A stretch of DNA of 64,000 nt from Azolla caroliniana (taxonomy: Eukaryota; Plantae; Polypodiophyta): NCBI GenBank assembly GCA_043228905.1, contig JBHGNT010000008.1:20708001-20772000 (forward strand), in the 5' to 3' direction. Below, piece after piece: positions 37,143 through 48,256 of this stretch (position 1 is the stretch's first letter; the number at the start of each line of letters is the position of its first letter). The translations under genes and the position numbers were made by a program. A model generated the notes under the pieces. That model saw only the letters and a list, made by a program, of their open reading frames with translations, made no database searches and was not told the origin of the DNA.

Positions 37143-39623
37143 TCATTGTTTGTTCTTTACCACACTCTCTTGTATGTGAGTTGATGCATAAATGTTACTC
37201 ATTAGTGTATATGCCGCACCATCATCCTCCTCCATTTGCTTTGCACACTCAAATGCAAATCTTCCGATCCTGACATTTCCCCATTTTTGACAGGCGCCCA
37301 ACACTATATGCCACCGTGTAACATCCATAGGTGATGTCATATCCTCGATGATTGATAGGACTTTATCGAAGTGCCCAGCTCGGCCAAAAAGATCAATCAT
37401 GCAATTCTCGTGCTCTGAAGTAGGCATGATTCCATGATCCAAATGCATTGCCTCAAAGCACATTTGGCCGTAATGAACAAGACCCGAGTGACTACAGGTG
37501 TTAAGCATAATGACGAAAGAGATAACATTTGGTTTTATACCTTCTTGGCTCATTTTCTTAAACAAATCAAAGACAATGTGATCCTTCCCCAGTAGTGAAT
37601 ACCCGGCAATTAATGCATTCCAAGACACGACATCTCTAGTCACATGAAGCTCTTCAAAGATCTCTTGTGCTTTCTCTATTGAACCACATTTGGCATACAT
37701 ATCCACCAAGGCATTTCCAACCTTTTCAGCCCTTGTTTTATCTATGCTAGCATAAATCTCTTCAGCTTTCCTAGTGGCTCCTACACTGCCACATGCTTTT
37801 AAGATATAGATAAAGGTTACTTCATTCGGGCAAACACCCTGATGTTGCATGAATTGGAAGCAATTTAATGCATTCTCAACATACCCATGTTCAGCATAAC
37901 CTCCAATGAGTGCTGTCCATGAGACCACATCCCTATCTGGAAGTTCATCAAAGACAGCTTTTGCTTTAGCAATTAATCTACATTTTGCATAAAAATCAAC
38001 TAATGCATTGCCAATGAATGTATCCTTTCCAATGAACGCTTCACTAGCAATCATTGCATGTATTAATATCCCTTTGTCTGCTTCTGCAATGTTTGCACAT
38101 GCTTTCAAGATACTTGCAAAGGTGAATGCATTAGGGCAAACACCCTCATTTTGCATATGTTCAAAACAATGAAGAGATTTCTCATTGTGCCCATGTTGGG
38201 CGTATCCTGCTATCAATGTGTTCCACGTGATTACATCACGCAGGTGAAGCCCATCAAATACATTTTGTGCTCTCTCAATGTCACAGAATTTGACATACAT
38301 ATGCACCAATGCATTACCAACTAAAACGTACTTCTCTAGCAACTGCCCTTTCACTATTTCAGCGTGTATTTCTTTACCTTTCTCGATCATTCTGATGCTT
38401 CCACAAGCCTTCAAAGTGCAAACATAGGTGACTACATCTGGAGAGATTAGGTCATTCTTCATCTGTTCAAAACAATCTATCACTTCTGCACCCTTCCCAT
38501 GTTGGACATATCCAGAAATTAGTGCATTCCAAGAAACTATATCCCGGACAGAAAGCTCATTAAACACCATCTGTGCCCGCTCGATCCTCCCACATTTTGC
38601 ATACATGTCTACCAATGCATTTCCAACCAACACATCTTTTCCCAGCCAGCCCTCTTCCACAATTTGGGCGTGAATTTCTTGGCCTTTTACAACTTCCAGT
38701 TTACCACAAGCTTTCAAAATGCACGCAAAAGTTGTCGCATCAGGAGAGAAACCATCTTCCATCATCATTTGGAAACATTCAACTGCTTCTTCACCATAGC
38801 CATACTGAGTATACCCTGCAATTAGCACCGTCCAAGTGACAGTGTCGCGAACTCGTAATGTATCAAACACTTCGCAAGCTTTGTCAAGTTTACCAAGTTT
38901 TATATACATATCCACCAACGCATTACCAATGAAAGCATTTCTATCAAGAAACCCTCCTCCAACAATCTCAGCATGAACTTCTTGACCCTTTCCACATGCC
39001 CCTATACTATGACCACATGCTTTCAAGATACAAACATAAGTGACCACATTTGGAAAGAAACCCGCACGCTTCATATTTTCAAAGCATTCTAGTGCTTTTT
39101 CAGCATAACCATTTTGGGCATATCCTGCTATTAATGAAGTCCAGCATACTGCATCTCGGTTTGAAATCTTATCGAAAATCTCTTGTGCTTTTTCAAGCTT
39201 GCCACATTTCATATACAAAGAAACCAAAGCACTACCCACATACATATTCTTCTCAACAAGCCCCGTGTCGATAATATCAACATGTATCTGTGTACCTTTG
39301 TGTAAATCTTTCTTTCTAGAACATTCCTTAAGCGAGTCCACGAGTGTGGCAATCTCTTCGAATCTCTTACCACAATTGTGGTCGTCTTCATCAGATTCAA
39401 ATCTCTCTGTTCCTTTGCTTGTTTTCTTCTTCTTAACCCCAGCTATGTCCGATGGTTTTGAACGTGATTTCAATAACGAGGCTGCGGAATGATCATGAAA
39501 GCTGTGACCATTTTTGTAATTCGGTACGAAACAAAACAAACGCCGATGCGTACATGATGATGAAATTGGTGCAGCAAAAGCAAATGGATTCGCACAAGCC
39601 TGCTGTTCCTGTTTTCCTTGCAT
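37143..39623 (-). CDS. PLS-class PPR protein (E subclass, no DYW); putative organellar RNA-editing factor
   Basis: Six L-S-P triplets (GNALVDMYAKCG...A..VF...RDVVSWNALI.GY...P..VTY..ILKAC), then P2-L2-S2 and E (W..VLGACQKWG...AAYTLMSNIYA). First ATG at 39623 (ORF track starts at GTG 39674). N-terminus could be a transit peptide. Confidence 0.93.
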   Translation of the reverse strand: MQGKQEQQACANPFAFAAPISSSCTHRRLFCFVPNYKNGHSFHDHSAASLLKSRSKPSDIAGVKKKKTSKGTERFESDEDDHNCGKRFEEIATLVDSLKECSRKKDLHKGTQIHVDIIDTGLVEKNMYVGSALVSLYMKCGKLEKAQEIFDKISNRDAVCWTSLIAGYAQNGYAEKALECFENMKRAGFFPNVVTYVCILKACGHSIGACGKGQEVHAEIVGGGFLDRNAFIGNALVDMYIKLGKLDKACEVFDTLRVRDTVTWTVLIAGYTQYGYGEEAVECFQMMMEDGFSPDATTFACILKACGKLEVVKGQEIHAQIVEEGWLGKDVLVGNALVDMYAKCGRIERAQMVFNELSVRDIVSWNALISGYVQHGKGAEVIDCFEQMKNDLISPDVVTYVCTLKACGSIRMIEKGKEIHAEIVKGQLLEKYVLVGNALVHMYVKFCDIERAQNVFDGLHLRDVITWNTLIAGYAQHGHNEKSLHCFEHMQNEGVCPNAFTFASILKACANIAEADKGILIHAMIASEAFIGKDTFIGNALVDFYAKCRLIAKAKAVFDELPDRDVVSWTALIGGYAEHGYVENALNCFQFMQHQGVCPNEVTFIYILKACGSVGATRKAEEIYASIDKTRAEKVGNALVDMYAKCGSIEKAQEIFEELHVTRDVVSWNALIAGYSLLGKDHIVFDLFKKMSQEGIKPNVISFVIMLNTCSHSGLVHYGQMCFEAMHLDHGIMPTSEHENCMIDLFGRAGHFDKVLSIIEDMTSPMDVTRWHIVLGACQKWGNVRIGRFAFECAKQMEEDDGAAYTLMSNIYASTHIQESVVKNKQ

Positions 39624-39999
39624 GGGCGGGCCGAATAGTTCTGCAGAACCACTCAGGAAACAATCAAAATCCACCGCGTTGGGTTATTCACGAGAATGCC
39701 ATGGTGCCTCTGCAGAGGGGCAAGAGGCAGAAGCAGAGCTCCATGGAAAGAAGCTTTTGAGTAATTACAGAAATAGCCCCTTCTACATACATACATTATA
39801 CATATGTGATTAAGTGGAGAAATTCATGGATATGTTTTTGGAAATTCACAAAATGCCCTCCTTCCATCCCCATAGTAAAAGTGGCCTCTATATCAGTATG
39901 GTCAGTCTTCTTCTTCGGGAAGTATCACAGAACCATACGTATGATCGATGCGGCTTTACCTTTGAAGCGTATTGAAAGAGATCCGCAGACACCACCTCT

Positions 40000-40330
40000 A
40001 GCAAATGGTTTAAACGGTTTGACACTACGGTTCAAACGGTTTGATGGTTTAGGATTAACACTTTGATAAATTTCTGAAATATGTGTTTGAACATTTTAAA
40101 CCTATTGTTTATATTTGAAGAAAAATCTTTAAATTTAGAAAAAACTTAGAACATGAAATTTTGAAATTGGACCTAACTTGAAAACTAAAACTGAACCACG
40201 AAACCGTGGTTTTAACGGTTTAAAGGTTTGAAAGTCTCTAAAACCGTTTGGTTTGAGCTTGAATTTTTTGTAACGGTTTGGTTTAAATGGTTTTGTGGTT
40301 CAGTTCGGTTTAAAAAACTGGTTACGGAAT
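40000..40330. mobile_element. MITE-like remnant rich in AAACCG/CGGTTT motifs between the divergent PPR genes
   Basis: Repeated acggttt/aaaccg motifs; 17-bp inverted repeat aactgaaccacgaaacc (~40189) / ggttttgtggttcagtt (~40289). Confidence 0.45.
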
Positions 40331-40581
40331 GAACTTATGATTTTGTCTGTCTGGACAATTAACTTGACCATCTCAACTATACCAAGATCATAGGTTCAAC
40401 ACATCATTTCTTCTCCTAATAAACTACATGTCTATGGGTGTATCGAACCCACGACCTCTTCTTCGATCCTCTTGACACATTACATTGGTCTCAACTATTG
40501 TCAAATTGGCCATATTTCTTCTCCTGTCCCTCTCTTCTCTTCTCTCTCTCTCAATAATTTTCATTTGGAAGAGCAGATGGA

Positions 40582-43500
40582 ATGCATGCTTCCTCTAGAC
40601 ATGGCATTTACTCCCTTCTTCAGAAATGTACTCAAACCATGGATGTGGAAGGAGGAAGACATGCCCACTCTCTCATGGTTTTATGTGGGTTTGAACATGT
40701 GGGCATTCTTTGTGATCATCTCCTTCGGCTTTTTGCTTGTAATGGAACTCTCTTTGAAGCGAATCTTGTCTTTAACAAGGTATCCATGCCATGTGCTCAC
40801 ACATGGCATGCCATCATATCTGCACATTCATCTCTCGGGCAAAGTAAAGAAGCCATTGTATTGTATCACAGAATGCAATATGAGGGTTTCCAGCCAGATA
40901 AATTCATCTTTTCATGTGTGTCGAAAGCATGTGGTAATGTCGGTGACATCTTGAATGGAAGGGTTGTGCATGATGACATTATTAGAAGTGGTTTGGAAGA
41001 AGAGAAATTCTTGCAAGCTACTCTTTTGGACATGTATGCGAAATCAGGGAGCTTGGATGATGCATCAAACATGTTTAATGTTGTTCAAGAACGGGATCCA
41101 GTTGTCTGGGGTGCTATTATTTCAGGATATGCTCAGAATGGCCACAGTGACTTGGCATTGAAAATGTTCGAACAAATGCTTATAAAGGGTTTGCGGCCAG
41201 ATAAGGTCACGTTTATCTGCATCTTGAAAGCATGTGGTCACCCTCAAGCTTTAAAGCAAGGGTTTCAAATTCATGCCCACATCATTGTTGCTGGGTTTGA
41301 ATGTGATGTAATAGTTTGTAACACACTTATAGACATGTATGCCAAATGTGATAGTTGGGAAGATGCTCGAAGGGTGTTCAACAACTTACCAAATCGAGAT
41401 GTCGTATCATGGGGTGCATTGATGACTGGTTATGGCCAACATGAGGCTGGCCCACAATCTATCCAACTCTTTGAGAAGATGATTAATGAAGGGTTAAAAC
41501 CGGATAAAGTAGCTTTTGCGTGTGCTTTAAAAGCATGTGCCAAAACAGGTGCCATAGGTGATGGTACATGTTTATATGATATGATTGTCAGAAGCAGGTT
41601 AGAATCGCATGTCGTCATTGGCAATAGCCTTATCGACTTGTTTGCCAAATGTGGTTACCTCGATGAAGCACAAAAAGTATTTGAATCGTTACATGTACGC
41701 AATGTTGTGTCTTGGAATGCACTACTCGCGGGGTATGTACAACATGGGAATGGGTTGCTGGTAATGGAACTTTTTCACGAGATGCAGCAAAAGTGTATGG
41801 CACCTGACAAAGTAACATACGTTTGTGTTCTAAGAGCTTGTAGCTGTATAGAAACAAGAGGATTGGATTACTTGATTCATGACAAATTCATTCGAAGTGG
41901 GATTCATTTTGATACAATACTAGGGAATACGCTTATTGATATTTATGCAAAATGTGGGAAGCTTACTGACGCATACAAGGTGTTCAATTACACACCATCA
42001 CGAGATGCTGTGACATGGAGTGCGATAATCTCTGGCTATGCACAACATGGACATGGGCATGAAACTTTCAAGCTTATTGATATGATGAAACATCAAGGTA
42101 TAAAACCGGACCCCCCTATGTTTTTATGTGTATTGAAAGCATGCAGCCGAAACTTGTGCCTAAGAGAAGGTAGGATGGTCCATCAGCTAGTTATTGTTGA
42201 AAGATTTGAGAGAGATATTTCTATAGGAAATGCCCTTGTGGACATGTATGCAAAATGTGGTAGCTTAAATGAGGCTGAGTTGATGTTTGAGATGTTGCCA
42301 GTTCGAGACAAGGTATCGTGGAGTGCCATTATTGCAGGATATTGTCATCAGGGCCTTGGACTTGTTGCTCTTGAATTTTTTCATCGAATGCAAAAGGAGG
42401 ATGTGATAGTAGATAAGATAACACTGACAAGCATTTTGAAAGCATGTGCATTAACTGAAAGTCTACATCAAGGTATGATAATACATGACCAAATTGTTCG
42501 AAGCGATTTGAATTCAGATTTGGTTGTCGGAAATGCTCTGGTGGACTTGTATGCCAAATGTGCTAGTCTTGAACAAGCATATAAAATATTTGAAAGTTTG
42601 CCAAAAAGGGATACTATTACATGGGGAGCAATGGTTACAGGGTATGCTCAGCATGGTGAGAATATTCCTGCTCTTCGATTTTTTGAGAAAATGCAAAAAG
42701 TTGGCATGAAAGCCGATGAGATCACCTTCTCTTCTGTCTTGAAAGCATGTAGTGGCTCAGGAACATTAGAGCAAGGAAAACTTTTACATGACCTTGTTAT
42801 CCGGAGTGGATATACAACTGATATACTAATCACAAATACCCTGATTGACATGTATGGAAAATTTGGTTTCCTCGATGACGCGCGACGAATATTCGATAGA
42901 ATGTCATATCATGACATAGTCTCGTGGAATGCAATGATAGTAGGTTATGTTCAACATGGAAATGGATTTTCTGCTATTGAGCTTTTTGACAAGATGCAAG
43001 AAGAAGGAAGAAGCCCGGATAGTATTACCTATATGTCTACCTTAAAAGCATGCAGTGCTGTAGGAGCGGTACATCACGGACGATCAATTCATGACCAAAT
43101 TATTAGAAGTGGAGAAGATAGGAACCTTATTGTTGGTAACACTCTTGTGGATATGTATGCGAGTTGTGGAAATCTAAATGAAGCATGCAAATCATTTGAA
43201 AGATTATCTAGTCGAAATGCAATATCATGGAATGCGATGATTTCCGGATACTCACAGCTTGGGAGCTTTAAGCTGCTAAAAGGGTGTCTTGAAGGTATGC
43301 AAAAAGATGGGTTTAAACCTGATGGGTGGAGTTTTACAAGCATTCTGGCAGCGTGTAGCCATGAAGGATTGGTAAATGAAGGGCATTCTTACTTCAAATC
43401 TATAAGGGAAGAGCATGGAATTACACCGAGTATGGAGCATTTCAATTGCATGATTGAGTTGCTTGGGAGCACAGGTCGGTTACAAGAGGCTGAGAGATTG

Positions 43501-43773
43501 CTCCAAAGCATGCCTCTTGTCCCTGATGTTACTGGATGGATGACCTTGCTTGGTGCTTGTAGAACTTATGGTGACACGGGGTTAGGAAAGTTATGCTTTG
43601 ATCAAGCTTATCACTTGGACCCGAATCACGCAGCTGGTTATGTGCTTATGTCTAACCTATATAGTGATGCATACGAGGGGAGGAATGAGGATGATTTCCA
43701 TCAGAGGAGTCAAGGGTTTGATTGGATAGATCGATATGAAGAGAATGTGAAAAAGGCCATTATGTCAAATTGA
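40582..43773 (+). CDS. PLS-class PPR protein (E subclass, no DYW), 1063 aa
   Basis: Nine PLS triplets, then ACSHEGLV.EG..YF...HFNCMIELLG..GRL.EA, W.TLLGAC...GYVLMSNLYS. Stop shortly after. Confidence 0.94.
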   Translation: MHASSRHGIYSLLQKCTQTMDVEGGRHAHSLMVLCGFEHVGILCDHLLRLFACNGTLFEANLVFNKVSMPCAHTWHAIISAHSSLGQSKEAIVLYHRMQYEGFQPDKFIFSCVSKACGNVGDILNGRVVHDDIIRSGLEEEKFLQATLLDMYAKSGSLDDASNMFNVVQERDPVVWGAIISGYAQNGHSDLALKMFEQMLIKGLRPDKVTFICILKACGHPQALKQGFQIHAHIIVAGFECDVIVCNTLIDMYAKCDSWEDARRVFNNLPNRDVVSWGALMTGYGQHEAGPQSIQLFEKMINEGLKPDKVAFACALKACAKTGAIGDGTCLYDMIVRSRLESHVVIGNSLIDLFAKCGYLDEAQKVFESLHVRNVVSWNALLAGYVQHGNGLLVMELFHEMQQKCMAPDKVTYVCVLRACSCIETRGLDYLIHDKFIRSGIHFDTILGNTLIDIYAKCGKLTDAYKVFNYTPSRDAVTWSAIISGYAQHGHGHETFKLIDMMKHQGIKPDPPMFLCVLKACSRNLCLREGRMVHQLVIVERFERDISIGNALVDMYAKCGSLNEAELMFEMLPVRDKVSWSAIIAGYCHQGLGLVALEFFHRMQKEDVIVDKITLTSILKACALTESLHQGMIIHDQIVRSDLNSDLVVGNALVDLYAKCASLEQAYKIFESLPKRDTITWGAMVTGYAQHGENIPALRFFEKMQKVGMKADEITFSSVLKACSGSGTLEQGKLLHDLVIRSGYTTDILITNTLIDMYGKFGFLDDARRIFDRMSYHDIVSWNAMIVGYVQHGNGFSAIELFDKMQEEGRSPDSITYMSTLKACSAVGAVHHGRSIHDQIIRSGEDRNLIVGNTLVDMYASCGNLNEACKSFERLSSRNAISWNAMISGYSQLGSFKLLKGCLEGMQKDGFKPDGWSFTSILAACSHEGLVNEGHSYFKSIREEHGITPSMEHFNCMIELLGSTGRLQEAERLLQSMPLVPDVTGWMTLLGACRTYGDTGLGKLCFDQAYHLDPNHAAGYVLMSNLYSDAYEGRNEDDFHQRSQGFDWIDRYEENVKKAIMSN

Positions 43774-44129
43774 TAACATGGTGCACCCTGCTAGATCTTG
43801 GCCATGGTCATATGGCTCGGGTCATGTAACCTTAAAATCGGTATTGTACATTTAGAACAATTATCCTTCAGAAGTGTAAGGGCAATGATTTTCTAGGCTT
43901 CTTGTCCTAGGAATTTGCTTGTAGATACTAACACTTGAATCCACCTATATGAGAAATTTTAACATGTGAGATATTTACAAGAGCGCCTATTTGAAAATGA
44001 TAAACATGCAAAAAACTTGAAACACATGAGATTTTTGCAGCATGCAATACTTAGTGCTATCCTATAACAATACTGATGTCCAATTCAATTAAGATCCGAT
44101 ATTATAATTTGATCTCCCAAATTAACTTC

Positions 44130-44900
44130 ACATTGAGAGATCAATGAACCTACAATAGCTTGTACAATAATGAGAAGACATCAATTGACATCATTTGCCG
44201 AACCTTCTCAATGAAAAAGTCTATAAATACCTTTATTCAAACCAAATTTGGATGTCTATATTACATAATTGTGGGATTTGTCAAGATTGTGCCAATGGTA
44301 TAGGTCTCAATCCTTGGGTTTGTAAAAAGCTATTTGTAAAGCCATGATCTTAAGACCGAAGATTGGTGTTCAAAGAATCAAACTAAAGATACAAAAGGGT
44401 GAAATGTACATGTCATCTTTGATCGCAATGCATTTGCTTGTTTCTAGTCCAAAGATGGTTGTTTCCACAAGCTCAAAAAGATGATCCAAGAGATAACTTT
44501 GACTTGTACCTTGAAGATTGTAGTAATTAGGATTTTGTGTAAGGTGACAGTACATGAATGGCCAACTTAAGTAGTCTACAACATCTTGCTTGTTCTCAAT
44601 TGTGCAAACCATCTTGGCATACGAATGGTTAGGGAAAAAATGATCCAAGTGAGACTCTATAGGGCTGGGAAGTGAATCAAGCAAGAACTTTTTGTAATAC
44701 TTCTTTCATGGTGAATGGCAAAGGACAATACGCTTACCAAACTTGTCCACTTGAGGGCGGCTTGGACATCCAATCGTTGACAATAGATCAATGACAGGAT
44801 AGTCAATGTGAGCATTCTCTCGTCCATCAAAATACTGGGTCCCCATCACAATCACGAGATGAGCCATAGAAATGTCATGCCCACAGGTAACGACCAGCAC
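44130..44900 (-). pseudogene. BRR2: BRR2 / U5 snRNP 200-kDa helicase fragment (second helicase cassette into Sec63 region), decayed
   Basis: AHLVIVMGTQYFDGRENAH.DYPV.DLL...[21 protein letters not shown]...PIESHL...[26 protein letters not shown]...L.DHL.ELVE.T...LE.SKCI matches BRR2 as I recall it. Stops and indels present; no N-terminal part. 3' boundary approximate. Confidence 0.9.
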
Positions 44901-45334
44901 TATCCTAATTATTAGAACACATCAACCAAGATTAGCTATTGCACCATCGTTACGTTGAAGTGTTTAGATCTACGAGTCTTAATGAAGTGTCCTCCTGAAT
45001 ATCTCCGGTTCCGCGTGTTATATATACATATGTACATAAAAGCAAGGCTTCCACATAATGTTAGTAGGCCTCATACAAACAAATATACTACCCAAAATAA
45101 GAAGTCATGGGAACAGAGTCTTTCTTGTTCCTGCAAAAAAATTAGTACGTATGTGATAGAAAGGAAATCGCCATGTCTGCAGCAGTCCATGGAGTGTGAG
45201 TCAATGTATGTTATATGTCATGCATGTATTTAATAAATGTGCATAGTATAGTTCTTATGGCTGTGCTGGAGCCATCCAACCTTCCAAAAAACACTGCAAT
45301 GCTAAAAGCAGAGCATAGAGCATAACAGCTATTA

Positions 45335-47863
45335 ATGGGTAATAGTCATGAGAAGAGTAACGTAATTGCTTTACTGAAAGCTTGCTCTAAAGAGAAGAAT
45401 TTATGTAAAGGAAGCAAAATACATGCTGATATTATGGGAAATGCTATGCTTGAGAATGATGTTCATTTGGGTAGTGTCTTAGTCAATATGTATGCTAAAT
45501 GTGGTGCCATCGAGAAAGCTCAAGAGGTATTTAATGCCCTTCCAAGCCGAGATGTTGTCTCTTGGACATCCCTAATAGGAGGTTATGCTACACATGGTCT
45601 CGAAAAGGAAGCGTTATCTGGATTTGAGCTCATGAAAGGAGAAGGTTTTTCTCCGGATTCTATCACATTTGTCTATGTTTTGAAAGCATGTGGAAACTTG
45701 GGTTTGATCGATAAGGGTCAAGAATTACAAGCTGAAATAGCTAGACAAGGATGGTTTAGAAAGAACACTTTGGTTGGAAATGTGTTGATAGAGATGTATG
45801 CAAAATGTGCTGCAATTTCAAAAGCTTGTGAAGTGTTCAATGACCTTCTTGCTCGAGGTGTGGACACATGGAATGTTCTTCTTGGTGGATATATCCAACA
45901 TGACTATGGGGAAGAAGCTCTTTGTTGTTTTGAACGTATGCAACATGATGGTCTTATTCCAGATGTGGGTACATATGTTTTTGTGCTCAAAGGTTGTGGA
46001 AGCTTATTATCATTGGATAAGGGCCGTCAGATACATGCGAGGATTGCAAGTGAAGGATTGATAGAAAAACATAGTTCTGTTGGTAATGTGTTGATCGATA
46101 TGTATGCAAAATGTGGTGCCCCTGAAGAGGCGCAAAAGGTATTTCATGAGCTCCCAGTTCATGATCTCATCTCTTGGACAACATTAATAACAGGGTATTT
46201 GCAACATGGATGTGGTCAAGAAGCATTAAATTGCTACGAACAATTGTTGCAGGAGGGTCTCTTTGTGGATGCAGTGGCCTTGGCTTGTATCTTCAAAGCT
46301 TGCGGTTTCATGGTAGCTATTGGGAAAGGGCAAGAAATACATGCTAGAATTGTGGGTGATGGGTGGGTGGAGAAACATGTTCTGGTTGGGAATGCATTGC
46401 TGGATATGTATGGTAAATGTGGTGCAGTTGCAAAAGCCAATGAAGTTTTCAATAAGCTTGGGGTGAAGGATACAGTTTCATGGAATGCAATTATTGCCGG
46501 ATATGCTCAAATTGGGGATGGTCAAAAAGCCCTAGAATCTTTTCGGCAAATGCAATGTGAAGGTTTCTCTTCGGATACAATAACCTGTGTTTGTATCTTG
46601 AAAGCTTGTGGAAACAATATCGAATTGGACGAAAAAGCCCTTGAAATACATGCAGGGATTGTGGGAGGAAGGCTTGAAGAAAGTATGTTAGTTAACAATG
46701 TTTTAATCGATACGTATGCAAAACATGGTGCATTTGACAAAGCAGAATATATATTTGACAAACTTTCAGTTCATGATGTTGTCACTTGGAATGCATTAAT
46801 CTCAGGATATGTTCAATATGGCCATCACGAAGAAGCATTAGGATGTTTTGAACTGATGCAACGTAAAGGGACCCCAGCACCGGATGTGGTCACATACATT
46901 TGCGTATTAAAATCTTGCAGTAGTCTAAGAGCATGTCACAAGGGCCAAGAGATACATGCTGATATTAGCAAAGAACAGTCGATAGAGAAAGATCTCTTTG
47001 TCAGGAATGCGTTAATGGATATGTATTTCAAATGTGGTCTAATTATGAAAGCTCAAGAAGTTTTCGATCAGATTATTGTTCGAGATGTTGTTACTTGGAA
47101 CGTTCTAATCTCGGGATATGCCCAGCTAGGGTACAATGAAGAAGCGATGAGCTTCTTCGAGGTCATGAAACAACAAAGGGATGTCTCTCCAAATGAAGTG
47201 ACATATGTATGTGCCTTGAAAGCATGTAGCAACTTAGGGAACGCCGAAAAGGGCCAAGAAATACATGGATTGATGATAAGAGAAGGATGGATGGAAAAAG
47301 ATAGCCTAATTGGCAATGTTTTGGTGGATATGTATGCAAGGTGTGGAGCACTGAGAAAAGCACAAGAAGTTTTCAATGAGCTTTTGGTCAAGACAATTGT
47401 CACTTGGAACTTCCTAATAGGTGGATACGCCCAACTTGGAGATGATAAAATGGTGTTTACCTCATTCAATAAAATGATAGAAGGAGACATCAATCCAGAT
47501 CAAGTAACATTTCTTAGCCTACTCACTACTTGCATTCATTCGGGTCAATTAGAACTAGGTATAGATTGTTTTATAATCATGTATAGTATCTATGGTATTA
47601 TTCCAACTATAGAGCATGTTATTTGTATGATCGATCTTTATGGTCGAGCAGGCCATTTCGAGAAGGTCGTGTCAATGATTATTGAAATGCCCTTTTTGGC
47701 AAACCTTGCCCTCTGGCAAATTGTCTTGGGGGCATGCCAAAAATGGGGAAATTCAAAGCTTGGCAAAATGGCATTTGAGTTTGCAGTGCAATTAGATGAA
47801 AGGGACATTGCCTCATACATCCTCATGAGTAATATCTATGCAGTCGATACTCATGTCACGTGA
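45335..47863 (+). CDS. PLS-class PPR protein (E subclass, no DYW), 842 aa
   Basis: Seven PLS triplets, then YGRAGHFEKV, WQIVLGACQKWGN, ASYILMSNIYA and stop. Confidence 0.94.
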   Translation: MGNSHEKSNVIALLKACSKEKNLCKGSKIHADIMGNAMLENDVHLGSVLVNMYAKCGAIEKAQEVFNALPSRDVVSWTSLIGGYATHGLEKEALSGFELMKGEGFSPDSITFVYVLKACGNLGLIDKGQELQAEIARQGWFRKNTLVGNVLIEMYAKCAAISKACEVFNDLLARGVDTWNVLLGGYIQHDYGEEALCCFERMQHDGLIPDVGTYVFVLKGCGSLLSLDKGRQIHARIASEGLIEKHSSVGNVLIDMYAKCGAPEEAQKVFHELPVHDLISWTTLITGYLQHGCGQEALNCYEQLLQEGLFVDAVALACIFKACGFMVAIGKGQEIHARIVGDGWVEKHVLVGNALLDMYGKCGAVAKANEVFNKLGVKDTVSWNAIIAGYAQIGDGQKALESFRQMQCEGFSSDTITCVCILKACGNNIELDEKALEIHAGIVGGRLEESMLVNNVLIDTYAKHGAFDKAEYIFDKLSVHDVVTWNALISGYVQYGHHEEALGCFELMQRKGTPAPDVVTYICVLKSCSSLRACHKGQEIHADISKEQSIEKDLFVRNALMDMYFKCGLIMKAQEVFDQIIVRDVVTWNVLISGYAQLGYNEEAMSFFEVMKQQRDVSPNEVTYVCALKACSNLGNAEKGQEIHGLMIREGWMEKDSLIGNVLVDMYARCGALRKAQEVFNELLVKTIVTWNFLIGGYAQLGDDKMVFTSFNKMIEGDINPDQVTFLSLLTTCIHSGQLELGIDCFIIMYSIYGIIPTIEHVICMIDLYGRAGHFEKVVSMIIEMPFLANLALWQIVLGACQKWGNSKLGKMAFEFAVQLDERDIASYILMSNIYAVDTHVT

Positions 47864-48256
47864 TACTCACACAACACATACAGAATTTGTAAGACCCCTG
47901 TCATTATAAAGACTGGTGATTGTAAACCCTTGAAAAATATGTTCATCATTTCCAATGATGTGCCAACATGTCATTGCTCCTTCAGTTTTATTAGCCTTAT
48001 GCATCCTATGTGACACAAAGACAATATTTTCTAGCCAAACTTTAGCTAAACCATGTTTGAATGATTAGTCGCTAAGGGGAGTTCCATAGGTGTTGTGGCT
48101 ATAGTAAAGAAGTAGAGATCTCATTTTAAATGTAAAAAAACAAGGTACGTAGGAAATGACTTTTCAATTTATATCCCACCTTTTTTATGCATTCCATTAA
48201 AGGAGCTAAGGTAATCAGCCTAGTGTGAATCAATAGGGTGGGTACTTTGATGAATC

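Noticed and set aside
40350-40502. tRNA gene (B-box-like GGTTCGA on the minus strand near 40445)
   Set aside because: No cloverleaf or A-box. More likely a degenerate SINE/MITE-type inverted repeat.
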